Source: Balanoglossus misakiensis
Lineage: Eukaryota > Animalia > Hemichordata
DNA: 64,000 nt
Direction of reading: 5' to 3'
NCBI GenBank assembly: GCA_040954595.2
Contig: CM082586.2
Span: 1,741,124-1,805,123 of the forward strand
Shown: in pieces, positions 50,888-63,567 of the stretch
Numbering within the stretch: the stretch's first letter is position 1
Layout of the letters: every line of letters starts with the position of its first letter
The notes under the pieces: model-generated
Database searches by the model: none
Seen by the model: only the letters and a program-made list of their open reading frames with translations
What the model was told of the DNA's origin: nothing
Position numbers and translations under genes: made by a program

Positions 50888-52783
50888 TTAATCATCTCCT
50901 TTGGCTTTTACTTTTCTTTCAATTTCTTCTCTTCTCTGTTTTTCTGTTTCCATATTTTTCTTTTCCGTTTCACTTTTTGTAATGCCTTTCTGCATTAAAA
51001 TTTCAAGACGTTTCTTTTCTACCACTTCCTTTCGCAGCCGTTCTTCCACGCTCCCCTCTTTTTCTTGACTCTTAGTTTGTAACTGTGTCCTTTCTATCGC
51101 CTCCCTCTTCAATCTCTCGATTTCCTCCATTCTCCGCACAGCGTCGTTTCTCTCCAGCTCTCGCATTTCCTCCACCTTCCTCATTTCTTCGTCCCTTTTC
51201 CTCCGGCTCTCCCCCTCATTCCGATTTCTCTCCGCCTCCCTCTTCTCACTGACCAACCGATCCTCTTTCCACCTCTTTTCATTCTCTTCCCTCAAGTTTG
51301 TCTCCCGCTCTTGTAGTGTCTTCACGGTTTCTTGTCTTTCTTCCCACTTCTTCTCTTGTATCTCTTCCCTTTTCCTGGCTTCCTCTTTCCTCAGCCTTTC
51401 CCGTTCTTGTTGTTCTGCTTCGTGGGTCAACGCTACCATTTTCCTTTTCTCTGCCACCTCCTGTCTTCGATTCTCCTCTTCTTGTCGCCTCCGTTCCGCC
51501 TCCATCTTAATCCCATCCTCCCTCTCTTGAATCTGCCTCCTCCCTTCTTCAACTTTTCTTCTGATCTCCTCATCCTTTCTTTGTTTCTCTGCCTCTTTTC
51601 TTTCCTTCTCCCTCTCTTTCTCTTCCCGTCTTCTACGCTCAGATTCTTCTCTCCTCAACTTTTCAGTTTCTATCTTTTCTCTTTCTTTCACTGTGTCTAT
51701 CTGCAACCGCCTCGCCAATTCTTCTCCCCTACATCTCTCCTCTTCTTGTCGTCTTTCGTCTGCTTTTCGTCTCTCCTCCTCCAACTTTTCATTCTTCTGC
51801 GTCCTTTCAGAATCCTCCTTTTCTTTACGTTGCTTCTCCTTTGAGCTCAACACAGCTTCGTACCTTAATCGCTCCTGGACAAGTTCCTGGTTTTTCCTTT
51901 CCTCTTCTTGTCGTCTGATCATCACTTCTTCCCGCCACTTCCTTTCAACTTCCAACCTCTCCTTCTCTCTGAGAAGTTCCAACTCCATCATTTCAGCTTC
52001 TTTTTTCCTCTGTCTGTCCTCCTTCTCGCGCCTCTTTTCTGCCTCCTGTCGTTCCTTCTCTATCAAGAGTTCCTCGCGTTTCCTCTCTGCGGCCTCCCTC
52101 CTCTCCCTCTCCATCTCTTGTTGTCTCCTCCTCATTTCCAACATCTTCCGTTCGGCCTCCAGCCTCCCTCTGTCATCCACCCCTACTTCTTTCTTCCCCT
52201 TTTGTTTCTCTCGCTGTTCCTCTTCCTGTCTCTGCTCGAGCTCTCGCTTTCTCATCTTCTCCTCTTCTGTCATCTGTCTTTCTTTAGCAAGCTGTTTCCT
52301 AGCAACCTCCCTCCATTTCTTTTCTATTTCCTCTCGCCGGAGCCTCTCCTGTTCCAAGAACTTCTTTTCCTCCTCCTGCCGCCTCCGTTCCTGTTCCTGC
52401 TCCAGATGCCTCCCCTGTTCCACACCTTTCCTCTGCATCGCCATCTCCCGCTGTCTCCTAGCAACCTCTTGCCACTTCCTGTCTTCCTCTTCTCTCCTAA
52501 GCTTCTCCTCTTCGTGGAGTCGCTGCACAGACGCGTGTCTCTGTTCAACTTTCTTCCTGACGCTGTCCTGGCTTTCTTCATCAAATGTTTCCCGTTTCAA
52601 CCCCAACAAACAATCATTGCACTGATACCGCCGGTCTCCACTTTTCTCAGAAGCTCCATCATCGGACTCAAGAGTCTTGCGTCCCTCTTGATAAGTTGGC
52701 GCATGCTCAGTTCGAAGATTGTTGGAGACTCGCTTCGCCCCACACTTCCAACATCGATTATTTGCCGACGCTTTATTGCCCAT
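50888..52783 (-). CDS. E/R/K-rich trichohyalin-like / single-alpha-helix protein, 631 aa, with N-terminal Gly2 and two CxxC motifs
   Basis: Uninterrupted 1.9-kb ORF beginning MGNKAS, with CWKC...CNDC. A splice acceptor lies 11 nt upstream of the ATG (exon starts 52794) and a matching donor CAG|GTAAGG follows 53042, indicating a 5' exon. Confidence 0.75.
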   Translation of the reverse strand: MGNKASANNRCWKCGAKRVSNNLRTEHAPTYQEGRKTLESDDGASEKSGDRRYQCNDCLLGLKRETFDEESQDSVRKKVEQRHASVQRLHEEEKLRREEEDRKWQEVARRQREMAMQRKGVEQGRHLEQEQERRRQEEEKKFLEQERLRREEIEKKWREVARKQLAKERQMTEEEKMRKRELEQRQEEEQREKQKGKKEVGVDDRGRLEAERKMLEMRRRQQEMERERREAAERKREELLIEKERQEAEKRREKEDRQRKKEAEMMELELLREKERLEVERKWREEVMIRRQEEERKNQELVQERLRYEAVLSSKEKQRKEKEDSERTQKNEKLEEERRKADERRQEEERCRGEELARRLQIDTVKEREKIETEKLRREESERRRREEKEREKERKEAEKQRKDEEIRRKVEEGRRQIQEREDGIKMEAERRRQEEENRRQEVAEKRKMVALTHEAEQQERERLRKEEARKREEIQEKKWEERQETVKTLQERETNLREENEKRWKEDRLVSEKREAERNRNEGESRRKRDEEMRKVEEMRELERNDAVRRMEEIERLKREAIERTQLQTKSQEKEGSVEERLRKEVVEKKRLEILMQKGITKSETEKKNMETEKQRREEIERKVKAKGDD

Positions 52784-54695
52784 TTTTTAGGTTACTGAAA
52801 TGCAAATGTTCTGAATTAAAATAACGACAAGTCTACTGGTAATTCCCTGGCCTTCCGTCTCGTGAAAAGGTCATTGAACTTTCGCCAGCGAAGCGATGAC
52901 GCACTTTCATACGCGTTATACCCCTCCTACCAAGTCATCAGGTACGATGACGTCATAGCAACATAGCTAACTGTCAGCGAATATTACCAACCTGTATACA
53001 TGTATAGTTAGACGTGACACTCATTATTCATTTCGCCTTACCTGTGCTATCATAATCGACAGATTGTAGTCGTCGGAATGACGAATACATGGTCGCCAAT
53101 ATCGACGCAAACCGTTTACATACAACCGTATACCATTTCCCTGCAATACGCATGCGCTATGTCCTTCACCCTGCTAATGTTATGTGAAGAATCAGCGAAA
53201 GTTCTTGCGAAGGAAAGGAACATTGAAATTGTAGTGTTGCTACTGACTGACTGCTCGGTAAAAGTGACACGCTCAGTTTAGACAGGTTTTACATAACAAT
53301 CATACATTTGAAATCCTCTAATACATTCCACAAATTTTGCTGCTTGGATCAGGGACAGAGGTATATTTAATATTTTTTATGATTTTATTACAAAATAAAC
53401 CACTCAGAACACGTTCTCTCCCCCACCCCCTCTACAAGAGAGGAGGCGAACGGTCATCAATGATCAAGGGCAGGTCGTCGTGTGACAACACCCGAGATCC
53501 TCTTCGCGCTCAGAAGAGAACGTTCTATCTCATCATCATGGTTTCAGGTGCCTCCAAGTTTAAGGGAACTCAGAGTGGATACATACTATAGAAATGATCC
53601 CTAAAAGTATGATCTTACCAAACGTTTGTGTTTTGGTGTTATATATGTTGAACATCAAAAACACTACCTACGGTTTTTAAAATCTACTGCCATGCACTGC
53701 AGACGTGAATTCAGATGACGTCACTGAACGATATCACCTGTCACATGGAAGTCATCCCTAGTTTGGATTGCAAATTACTTCTGCCATTGTGTAAGACCAT
53801 CTTACGTAAGATGAATGCATGCTGAAATTATAATAACGGAACTTGCAAGTTTTGATGTGCTGTTTTTCGTGAACTCGGTGCCCTGACGCGCACAGCCAGT
53901 TCGTCTATAAGGCTTGGAATATTGGTGCCTTGGAATATTACTACCGGAAAATGTACGTATGGAGATGAAACGTCATGTTGACTGTATATAGTCGCGTCGT
54001 GTGCACTTGTTTACTGTGGAAATCGAACACTGGATGGATCATGATGACTGACGATGGCGATTCTCAAGAAAGTACCCGAAGATGACGTTAGGCGGCAGAA
54101 TGTCAAGAGAAGAACAGGTAAAAACACCAAATTATTAGTGTGTTTGTTCCATAGCAGAGAGTGATAGCTTTTTGTGTAAAAATGTGACACGCCCTTTCCG
54201 ATATTTGAATGTTATTTGGCCCCAGCATTCTCCAGACAACGGGTAAAGTTAGGTTGTCTATCGACAGCTTTGCGAAACAATCTGGTCGATAGCGTCAGTT
54301 CAATAACCGTGCAGTAGCTGTTTTCTTGTAAAACACACGTCAGGGTCGATGGTCAAGGTCGACACGTCAAGGTCGAACTCAACATTCAACCGGGTCACGC
54401 AAACTCGTTCGGTCCAATCAAACAGTGGACAAAGGCAACGACCTAGCAGACATTTTATAGAGCCACACAAGATTAATTCCGTCACGCGCATTCAGTTTAG
54501 TATCAGGGAGTTCATTTTCGTAGTACCTCCGCCCTGGGAGAAATTTTTTTTAATACAAGTCTAACATCGGAGGTTGGTGTAATTGAAAGTCTTTATTCAC
54601 TCTTTCGGTCTGTACTGGCCATTTTTGTCCAACACTATAAAACAAAGAAATACTAAATATCAGATTCAATTAGCTTTGTGTATAAACCCAAACAT

Positions 54696-56550
54696 TTATC
54701 GTGTGATAGATAAATAATCATTCTTCTGTCTATGGAATATTTCCTTCGCTTTTTCATAAATCCGCACATCACGTTCAAGTGCCTTCGAGACTTCAGAGTC
54801 CGCCATCAAGGCTCTCTTTCTCTCCGCCATCTCTCGCATCTTTTCAAGTTCCTCGTTGTCTTCCGCGCCCCCAACTTTCACCCCTGGTCGACTTATATGC
54901 ACAGCGGCACATTCCTCGTTGAAGGGCAGACCGTACGCCTCCTCCAACATTCTCAGAGACAGTTCAAACTCGTCGACCAATCCGATCACTGTGAACCAGC
55001 GTTCCAGGTTCTCCAAAATGTGCCGAAGTAAGACGTCCTTCTCGTCCTCCGTCAGAGCTTTGTCCAGTAGCAGTTTGTTGAGGTACCAGCAAGGGCCCGA
55101 TTTCAGTTCGCCCAGGTCTCTCACGAGTTCGTCGTGCGTTGCAGAGTTGAAACACGCGTCTTTGAAGTTGTAGAGCAACTGGCGGAAAAAGTGGCTTCCT
55201 TGCTTCGCCGCCCATTCCTGCAGCGGAGCCTTCCGAACGTCACCGACCCCACAGATGGGGTCGTGCACGCTCGGCACATTGCAGTAATCATAACACGATA
55301 TCAGCCGTTCGTACGGGTCTCTCAGTAATGTGAAATACGAACACGGGACGGTCCTAATCGTATCGCAGTAACCGAACGTGAACTCCGACACGTAGAATTT
55401 CTGAATTGGCAGTCTGTCGTAGGGGTAATCCTTGACGCGTATCCTGAGTCTGGTTGGTGTCGGGTAGGAGTGGCGGCGGGCAATGTCGTCAAGGCACGAC
55501 TTCATGGTACGACCGCCGGCCTTGGGGTTGTGCACGAACACGATCGAAACGTTGTCGTCTTTGTATCGCCCTCTATCCCCGTCGCTGAGCGTGAAATAGT
55601 TCGGCATGAAGTTGTGTTTTCGTAGCCATGGATACCGGGACAAGATGCCCTGCAAAGGGTCAGCTAACTGGTTAATGTTTCTGGCTTCATTGTCGACGGA
55701 CTCTTGTGAGTTTCCAAGGCCCCTGTATTCCTTCTCCGAAAGTTTTTCCTTCAGAGAATATGTCCTATAAATATGAAGAAACAATTGTAGCGATCTTTTT
55801 ATTTGATTTACACAATGTTCTCATACACGTGATCGCATCTGTTGCACTGTGCCCCAGTAACAACGTTAACGGTTGGCTGGTAACCGCCGAATCTCCATTC
55901 ACAAAAATGTCGAATCTGATTGGTTGAACAGTGGATTACGCTGATTGGCTATTGGCCTATATTACCGCCTGGCATAAGAGTCCAATACTGCGTTTGCAAG
56001 TCATTTTCACAAATAATAACATGATTTTCCGCAACATAAACAGACAGACACGAGTTGACCGGCAAACAATGTGGAACAGATTCCGGTTAATACCGCAAAC
56101 ACAGTGACGCACCAGCTGTTGAGGGCCGATTGTTACTAATACCAAGTTTTCAATGTCCTGTACATATGTAATGGATGGCTGTGAACTGTTAGCGACGTGT
56201 CCCTTTATTGGCAAAAATCACGGCACACAAGAACATTCGGCATATCACAAATCAGGGCATTTGCTGTATATAGCTGTCAATATTGTCGAATACATTTGTA
56301 ATAACCCGTTTGGTTTAACCCACGTAGTGTGTATACTGTCCATGGTTTCTACTGATGGCGTCGCTTGTCGGTGTGTGCAGAAAATACCTTCGAACACCAG
56401 AAAATTTCCCAACATTTATCTTGCAAAGACTTACTTTTGGCTATCCGATGGCAATGAACTCCGGTGAAAAGACAAAACCATTAATCCTGCAACCAAAACG
56501 AGGATACACAGCTTACACATATAACGCACTGGCAGCGATGGTCCTGTCAT
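54696..56550 (-). CDS. Golgi type II membrane carbohydrate sulfotransferase (Sulfotransfer_2 / Gal3ST / HS-OST-like), ~394 aa
   Basis: Exon 56435-56550 encodes the anchor (MTGPSLPVRYMCKLCILVLVAGLMVLSF) and joins in phase 2 to 54696-55764. 5'-PSB loop FVHNPKAGGRTM, 3'-PB motif LLRDPYERLISCYDY, VIGLVDEFELSL, and C-terminal DVRIYEKA. Confidence 0.9.
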
Positions 56551-56902
56551 GGCGATGGCTTGTGTGAATAGAGTCCGACGCAAGTGTTGCAGTTTGCATT
56601 CGCTGCGTCAGCCCAGAGGGATTATAACATTGAGAAGTGGGCTTGCATATCATTAAACTACAGGCAACGTCCAGTCTGAATCGGATCTCGCGTGTCGTTT
56701 CCAAGGCAACTAATGTACAGTCGTTTATACAGGCACAAACATACAACACAGTTTTTCTTTTATTAGTAATTCTAAAGAATGGATGAAATCACACAGTCAT
56801 TTTCATTACCTAACAAGTTTATACATGCACAATATTTACACTAAACAACGTAGGTCTAAAAGCAAGATAGCGAAAGAAACGACAATAGTATAGCTTTTGT
56901 AA

Positions 56903-59239
56903 TTATGATGGGAATAGTAGTGACGTAACAAATGCACTGGTTGCCAAGAAGATGAAGAACAGCAACCGATCCAACATGGCGACGATCCGAATCCATTCTT
57001 CCTGCGCAGTAGAAACCTGAGAAACAAAATGGCAGTAATATGTGAAATCAATTTTGCACGGATCAATGATTGGTCCCAAACAACATACACAGCAGAATTA
57101 GCATTCGAAGAACTGCATACAGAGGGTATTTTGTGTGATTGGTTCCCACGTGGTTACAGGAAATACATTGCTTACGACATCTCGAAATTTAAATAGGAAT
57201 GTGTAAAATACCTCATCAGGATTTTGCTGGGTTGCTTTGGAAGTGTCTTCACTCCCATGCCGTTCGTTCTGGTCGTTGGTTCGTGATTCGACTTGCTGCC
57301 AATGAGGCGTTGGTTCTCCCGTTCCTGCGTCCAAAATTTCTTCAGCATTTGTGTCTGCGGTTCCGCTCATGATGGTAACAATTCTAGCGGGTTTTGAAAA
57401 ATCGCCTTCGTTCCTCTTCGGGCGCACGCGGCGATGCTTTGAGCAAGGGAGCCAATCTCGAGTCAAGAACAACTTCCGAATCCAGGGACCGGGGCGGTTC
57501 CTGGATGCCGCACCCCTTCTCTGCAAATTCAACATGACGACGGAGATGACGACGCCCAACGCGACAACGCCCATGTCGGCCACGACTATGGCTCCAAACA
57601 GCGGGGGATCTTCAGAATTCGAGGGCACCATATCGGCGATAAGTATCTGAAAGACACTCAGTGCCACCAGGAGAGTTACATTGAAACTTATCCGCTCACC
57701 GCAATCAGGTGGGAGCCAGAATGCAGCGAATGTCAGGAAGAATATTATGCATGAAGGCAAGAGAATGTTTAACACATAGTAGGCGGGATTTCTCTGCAAG
57801 TGTACCGAGAAGATTTTAAATGACATATTCCCTGGCGTGATCGCATCTGTGTACAGAGAACTATGGCATGACACGCCTGTCAGCTTCCACTCGAAATTGT
57901 CTGACCCCGCCACCTTCCAAGTATCGCAAGGTTCGTCGGCGCTCAAATAAACCTCTTGGCTGAGATAGATACTGGAGCCGAATATCATCAAACACGTCTG
58001 CGAATCGACGGGGAAATATTTCATGTTCAATTGGCAGTGGCTGCGGAACCGAGTCTGTATTGTGGCATTGACCATTCCGTTTGCCTGCAGCACGCACAGC
58101 TGCGGGGTTAGCGGAGTTGAATGATCATCGTATCTGATAAAAAAATGATAATACTCATTGCCAAAAGTGATTGTTAGTTCTTCCAAATCAATTTCCTTCC
58201 AGATCTATCCGTGGGTGTGCAATATAAATGAGGTACTAATTGAAGATTTGTAAAAGATTTGTGATCTCCCTTAAAATAAATTAATCATTGTATAGAAATA
58301 TCACACATATACATAACTAGTTGTAAAGAGAAATATCGCTTACGTGGTCTTATGATCGATCATTGGACTCCAGACTTGGTCGTACGGCACTACCAATTTG
58401 TCCACACCATTATAATTATCAGGGTTCCAACTCAATCTCTTGTCGATCCATGACTATGTAGAAAAGACCGTTCGTCTCATTAGAGGTGTTGTACCTTTAT
58501 AGTGTAAGGAAACTAAAATACTCGCCATTGCAGTTTTAAAGCGAATCGGTGTAACGTTTGACTTTTGACCGACGCAAATATCATTTAATGAAATACAAAA
58601 TCGTCGGTCTTACCTGTCGCAAAGCTCCGGATGATTCCAAGTACTTGTTCTTTTCATTCTAAAAGAGTCAACAAATAAATGATATTAGCAGCAGAAATTA
58701 TCGCTGCTGGTCTGAAATGTCTTCGCAACATCTAGGTCATCCAGCGGGAAACTTGAAATCCATGCATGCAGGCACAGGAGTTAGAGTGATTGTCCTTACC
58801 ACATCCGCTATATAGTAGAAAATCACATCGACTTGTACAATGACGGTGTCTGTCATATTTTCAACCGGGCTTGAGAGTTTGTTGTAGGCCGAGAACAGTT
58901 CATCGAGTAGCTGTGCCGCTTCGTCTCCGTCAACTCGATGGAGAGCTGGTAAAAAGGAAATGATTTCAGATAGTATTCTAGTTGTATGATTCCCCCTCGC
59001 CCATGCCCTGGTCACGGTCCCATTGTCGAATAAAGAAACGCGAAGCTAACAGTCTATCCAACAGTTCCATCAGAGTGTTTCAGAATGACAGCACCGGCAA
59101 CCTGTCTCCCCCAAACAAAATACATGCTAGACTCGCAACCACAAACTGTGTTATGGAAATCATAATATGTCCAACTGAATTGTGCAATACACTAACCTGC
59201 AAACAGTAGAATTGCATACCATATTGTATTCCTTGTCAT
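56903..59239 (-). CDS. Divergent nAChR-like Cys-loop ligand-gated ion channel subunit A (non-alpha), ~459 aa
   Basis: Exons 59197-59239 (signal peptide), 58800-58945, 58614-58658 (45 nt), 58344-58453 (110 nt), 57212-58133, 56903-57016. Cys-loop CQLNMKYFPVDSQTC, M1 YYVLNILLPS, M2 PPDCGERISFNVTLLVALSVF, M4 EEWIRIVAMLDRLLF. Confidence 0.92.
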
Positions 59240-59354
59240 CTTGTCCGCTGCGGCAGCGCTTTTGACAAAGATCCTCGCCACGCAGAATCAAAGATGATCA
59301 ACTCCGAGGTGTGGAAGCTGTTATAACATTTAATGGGTGGATCAGCTAATGTTT

Positions 59355-59432
59355 TTAATGGCCTATTATTTTTTTTTGTGAGTCTTGCATATTAATGGCC
59401 TATTATTTTTTTTTGTGAGTCTTGCATATTAA
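59355..59432. repeat. ~37-bp tandem duplication upstream of channel gene A
   Basis: TTAATGGCCTATTATTTTTTTTTGTGAGTCTTGCATA occurs twice in tandem. Confidence 0.85.
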
Positions 59433-60369
59433 GTTTTCCCATCAATGCCATTAAAGAAGGCATGGATATGATCCAAAGACAGTGTCGGCGAAAGCAAACG
59501 TGTCGCCGAGTAAACATACAAATTACACGACAAAAATTGATTTCTAGTGTTATATTTATTTGTTTACGACGTTTGTGTCACTATGAGCAGACCTTGTAAT
59601 CGATTCGTTAATTATTGTTAAACTAAAACTAACAGTCAAAGACTAATTGCCATTAACTCCTTATTATTATAAAATGAATTGTATTTAAAAAGACCATTGT
59701 AGGATTCTAAATTATGATGTAAGAGATATTATAATGTTAAATTTTATCAGAATGCTTCTTGGTTGTCGGTTTAATCAATCGATACAGATTTTTGAAGTCA
59801 ATATAAATTAATACAGGCGCCTAATACACTAAGCTAATGGCCTAGAAATTATACTGTCTCCATAAATACATAATTGGTACACGCGAATCTTCTCAATTTT
59901 CTATTCTATATGTTAAACATAGATGGTTTATTTATTTATTCATTCAATACATTAGTATAAATCAATCGACGTTAAACAAATTTAAAATTGATAAATAAAT
60001 TTAAATGAATAAAATAAAATGTACACTCGCATGTCAACTGTGTAACATGTCAATTGTAACTTGTTAATTACCATCTTTCTCAAATAGAATGACAGTTTCA
60101 GTGATTATTTGTGCGATTTCTCAATAGGCAGCCATTCCACATTGTATGGGCTCCAAATTGAGCTATTCCCAAGAGATATCATCACAATTAAAACTTGATA
60201 ATTATAATTAGAGGCAAACGTTAGGGTTGGCATAATAATCACTTCAGGAACGCGACGGTGTGTTTACACATTGAAACAACCAGTCACATGTGTATAGTCT
60301 TATTATATCGTCTGTAGCGCCTCTTTGTTACACGCGAATCTTCTCAATTTTCTATTCTACATGTTAAAT

Positions 60370-62532
60370 TCATGCCGTCATCACCATCCACACAACGCTG
60401 GCAATGAAACCCGTCAGGTAAATGACAAACAGAAGCCGATCCAGGGTCCTGACAACGCGATCCCATTCGTCCTGGCTGTTGATGACTTGTTCCTGATAAT
60501 TAAAAAAAGAATAAAGCAATCCTAATTGGTCTAATACAACGGTGGTTGGAAATACAATTAAGTTTGTTGCTCTGGGGATAATTGGTCGCAAGGAACGACT
60601 GTTTATCGTCCACATACACGTTTCCATGGCAATCATGCGGTGGGAACGTCTTTAATGAAATGTGCATGCGCCAACAGTTGGTGAACAACCCTTAAGTTGG
60701 TCCGTGTGGGGAATGAAGTTTGCTGAGTTTAAAGAGATTTTCTTCACCACTGGATAAACATACGACAAGAGGGGCCATTTCAGCCAAATAGTCATCATCA
60801 ATTTTTCATTTGCATGGTACAAATAATCTGGCTATGATATCTTTAGCGTGTTCTTGTACAAGGTCAGTGATCCTTTACCTTGTTGCTATTCTTCTGTGGA
60901 TACCCCTGGTGATGTTTATCTGTATTCTCTGAAGTTGTTGTCCGGGTGATTGTTGATGGGAGGCGCTGACCACCACCTTCGATGAAGAGGTCATCGGTAT
61001 CACCAGGCCGCCTGCCACCCCCATCTCCACAGTTCTCGTGACCGCCTGTCGTCGCACCCCTGTTTCTGAAATGGACGTCCCCTCTGACAGAAAACTGCGC
61101 CAGCGGTCGGCCGGGTTCGGGTCCCCGTCGGATGCACAAGAGTTTCCGAAGCCATGGACCAGGTGGACTCTTTGATGCTCCGTTTCTCTGCACATTTATC
61201 ATGATCACCGACATGACGACGGATGATGACGTCACGCCCATGTCGAGGAGCAAAAGAATGCCCAAAAGGGAACTCTCGTTGCCGTTTGTCGGCACAATGT
61301 CGCCGACGAGAAGTTGGAAGACGCTTAGGGTAACCAGCAGTGTTACTACAAAGCTGATTCTTTCACCAGAGTCTGGGGGGAGCCAAAACGCACAAAGAGA
61401 CAGAAGAAATATGGAGGTGCTTGGGATCAGAATGTTCATCATGTAGTACAGGGGAACTCTCTTTAAGTCCAGTTGGAAAGACGCCGTTGATAGCGACCCC
61501 ATGTGAATGGCCGACGATCTATTTCGAACTACACTCGAAATGGCCGTCACTGTCCACTCGTAGTTCTTGTACTCCACAGCGTCTTCCACGGTCAAGTTTT
61601 CTCTGACATTCAGACGGACGTGGTCACTGTAGTACAAGGTGGAGGAGAACGCGAGCGGGCACCACTGGCTATCGAACGGGAAGTGCTTCATGTCCAGGTA
61701 GCAGTGCGAGACGAACTCGGAAATGGCGATGGAGGTGACTGTTCCTGTCCACTGCAGGTGGTATACATGGGGCGGAGGTGGCGCCACATGGCCGTTAAAC
61801 CTGTCACAGAATATTCAGAACACTATTCACTATAATTCTTCTCTGCCTAGCAACAGCAACAATTATCTTCTTCCCTTTTCTCTTAATCTTTGGATACATC
61901 CTACAATACTTACGTGTTTCTGAGAAAGACCCCTGGATACCAAACTAAATCAGATGGTACAAGTATCGTGTCCACGTCACTGTGATTGGATGGTGTCCAA
62001 CTCAGGCGCTTGTCAACCCATTGCTGTAGAGTAACCAAACAACAACTATATGACAATCTATCTGTTGCGTTGGTCAATGAAATCCAGAAAATTACGCGTG
62101 TTTAAGATTTATGACGTACATTTGACATCAAAAGTGGTACGCAAATTCTTGACCAATAACATAGAAGGAAACCCTTTTTCTGTATGCATGTGCAATGGCG
62201 ACGACTAACCTGTTTCATAATGGCATTTATCTTCAGACATTTGTTCTTTTCATCCTAGCATGAATAGAAACGAAAAATAGATGATTTATGAGAGAGAGAG
62301 AAAGAGACAGAGAGACAGACAGACAGAGCGAAAGAGAGGTAGAGAGAGGACACATGTAGTCTCTTTCAAATAGATGGTGCACTCACAACGTCGACAATCT
62401 TAACGATGGCCAAATCGATAAACACATCAACGACATCCATCCTGTTCTCCACAGGCCGAGAAAGGTGGTTGTATCCCGAAAGAAGTTGCTCCAAAAGATC
62501 CGCCTCTTCGTCTGCCCCTGCTAACAATATCG
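60370..62532 (-). CDS. Divergent nAChR-like Cys-loop channel subunit B (non-alpha); signal-peptide exon not resolved
   Basis: Exons 62387-62532, 62210-62254, 61914-62023, 60879-61800, 60370-60492. The first four (146/45/110/922 nt) are identical in size to those of gene A. Cys-loop CYLDMKHFPFDSQWC, M2 PPDSGERISFVVTLLVTLSVF, M4 DEWDRVVRTLDRLLF. Confidence 0.9.
62290..62349. repeat. (GA)n/(GACA)n compound microsatellite
   Basis: Seen directly in an intron of channel gene B. Confidence 0.85.
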
Positions 62533-63567
62533 CTGCCAATTGAAAAGATAAAATCCTTTTTTTCTAGTTTGTTTCACATGTTAGAGTTTTATTGTCTGAA
62601 AGCTGATGTAATGGTGATTGATACATTCCTAAAATAGCACTAAATATTCTCGAAATAGAAATACTGTATAGAAAATAAGACCAGTAACTATGATCTGAAG
62701 TCGTCATGTATGTATTGCTAACACAACATCTTTTATACATACATGTACCTCAAATTTATATAAAAATAATAATCATTCCCTCAATTCCACAACTATAACT
62801 TTGTAACTTACCAATGTTTTTGATTTATGGACATTATATAAGAGAAACAAACCGAGAGGTAACGGTCAGTTTCACACATTTATATAAACATGTTCATGCA
62901 AGGGACACGTTAGGCAACATCAATTTGAAATATTTCCCTGATAAATAATTCACTGTATTGTGATGAACAAACCTGTACTCATCCAAATTAAACTCAGGAT
63001 TCCCTTTCTTGTCCTCATTTCGGTCCTGCAGTAATTTCACCAACACATAGAGTTGTTCCTCGTCGCACACGGACGATCCACTCTTGGGACAGTCAGTGTA
63101 ATGAATGCCCTTCACCTGACTCGGGTGAACTAATTCACTGTCGCTGATGGCTGTTCTGATACCAGCCACACCCCACCGGTAACGTTGATATGCATGGCTG
63201 ATGTGTCCAGGTTACTTTGGTTTCGTTGTCAGTGATGAAGCGTGGGGAGATTGTAATTAAGTATTGGGAATTGTAAAGTGAATTTATTGACAGCAAGTAT
63301 TATGTGAATAGAATGCAGATGTACGACAGTATATGTATACAATAATAGTGGCCATATGGCAAACTGCAATAGTGCAAGCTATCTTCGTTTAGTCAAGTAA
63401 ACATATGCATATTTCCCCTTATACATGAACTTGTATATTGGACCTCTCTTTTTAAGGGATACTGGAGTTGTAGAGGATAATAATAATATAAGTGGGTCTA
63501 CATAACGAACGGTAAATTCATTTTGTCTTCTCTTGAAGAGTTCAGTCTTTGTCCAAAACACATTTGT

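Noticed and set aside
51298-52798. Long plus-strand Leu/Ser/Phe-rich ORFs
   Set aside because: Antisense shadows of the purine-rich E/R/K coding strand.
62894-63169. 91-aa ORF between channel genes B and C as a transposase relic or gene B first exon
   Set aside because: It has no signal-peptide character or phase-1 donor, and any transposase resemblance is too weak to call.
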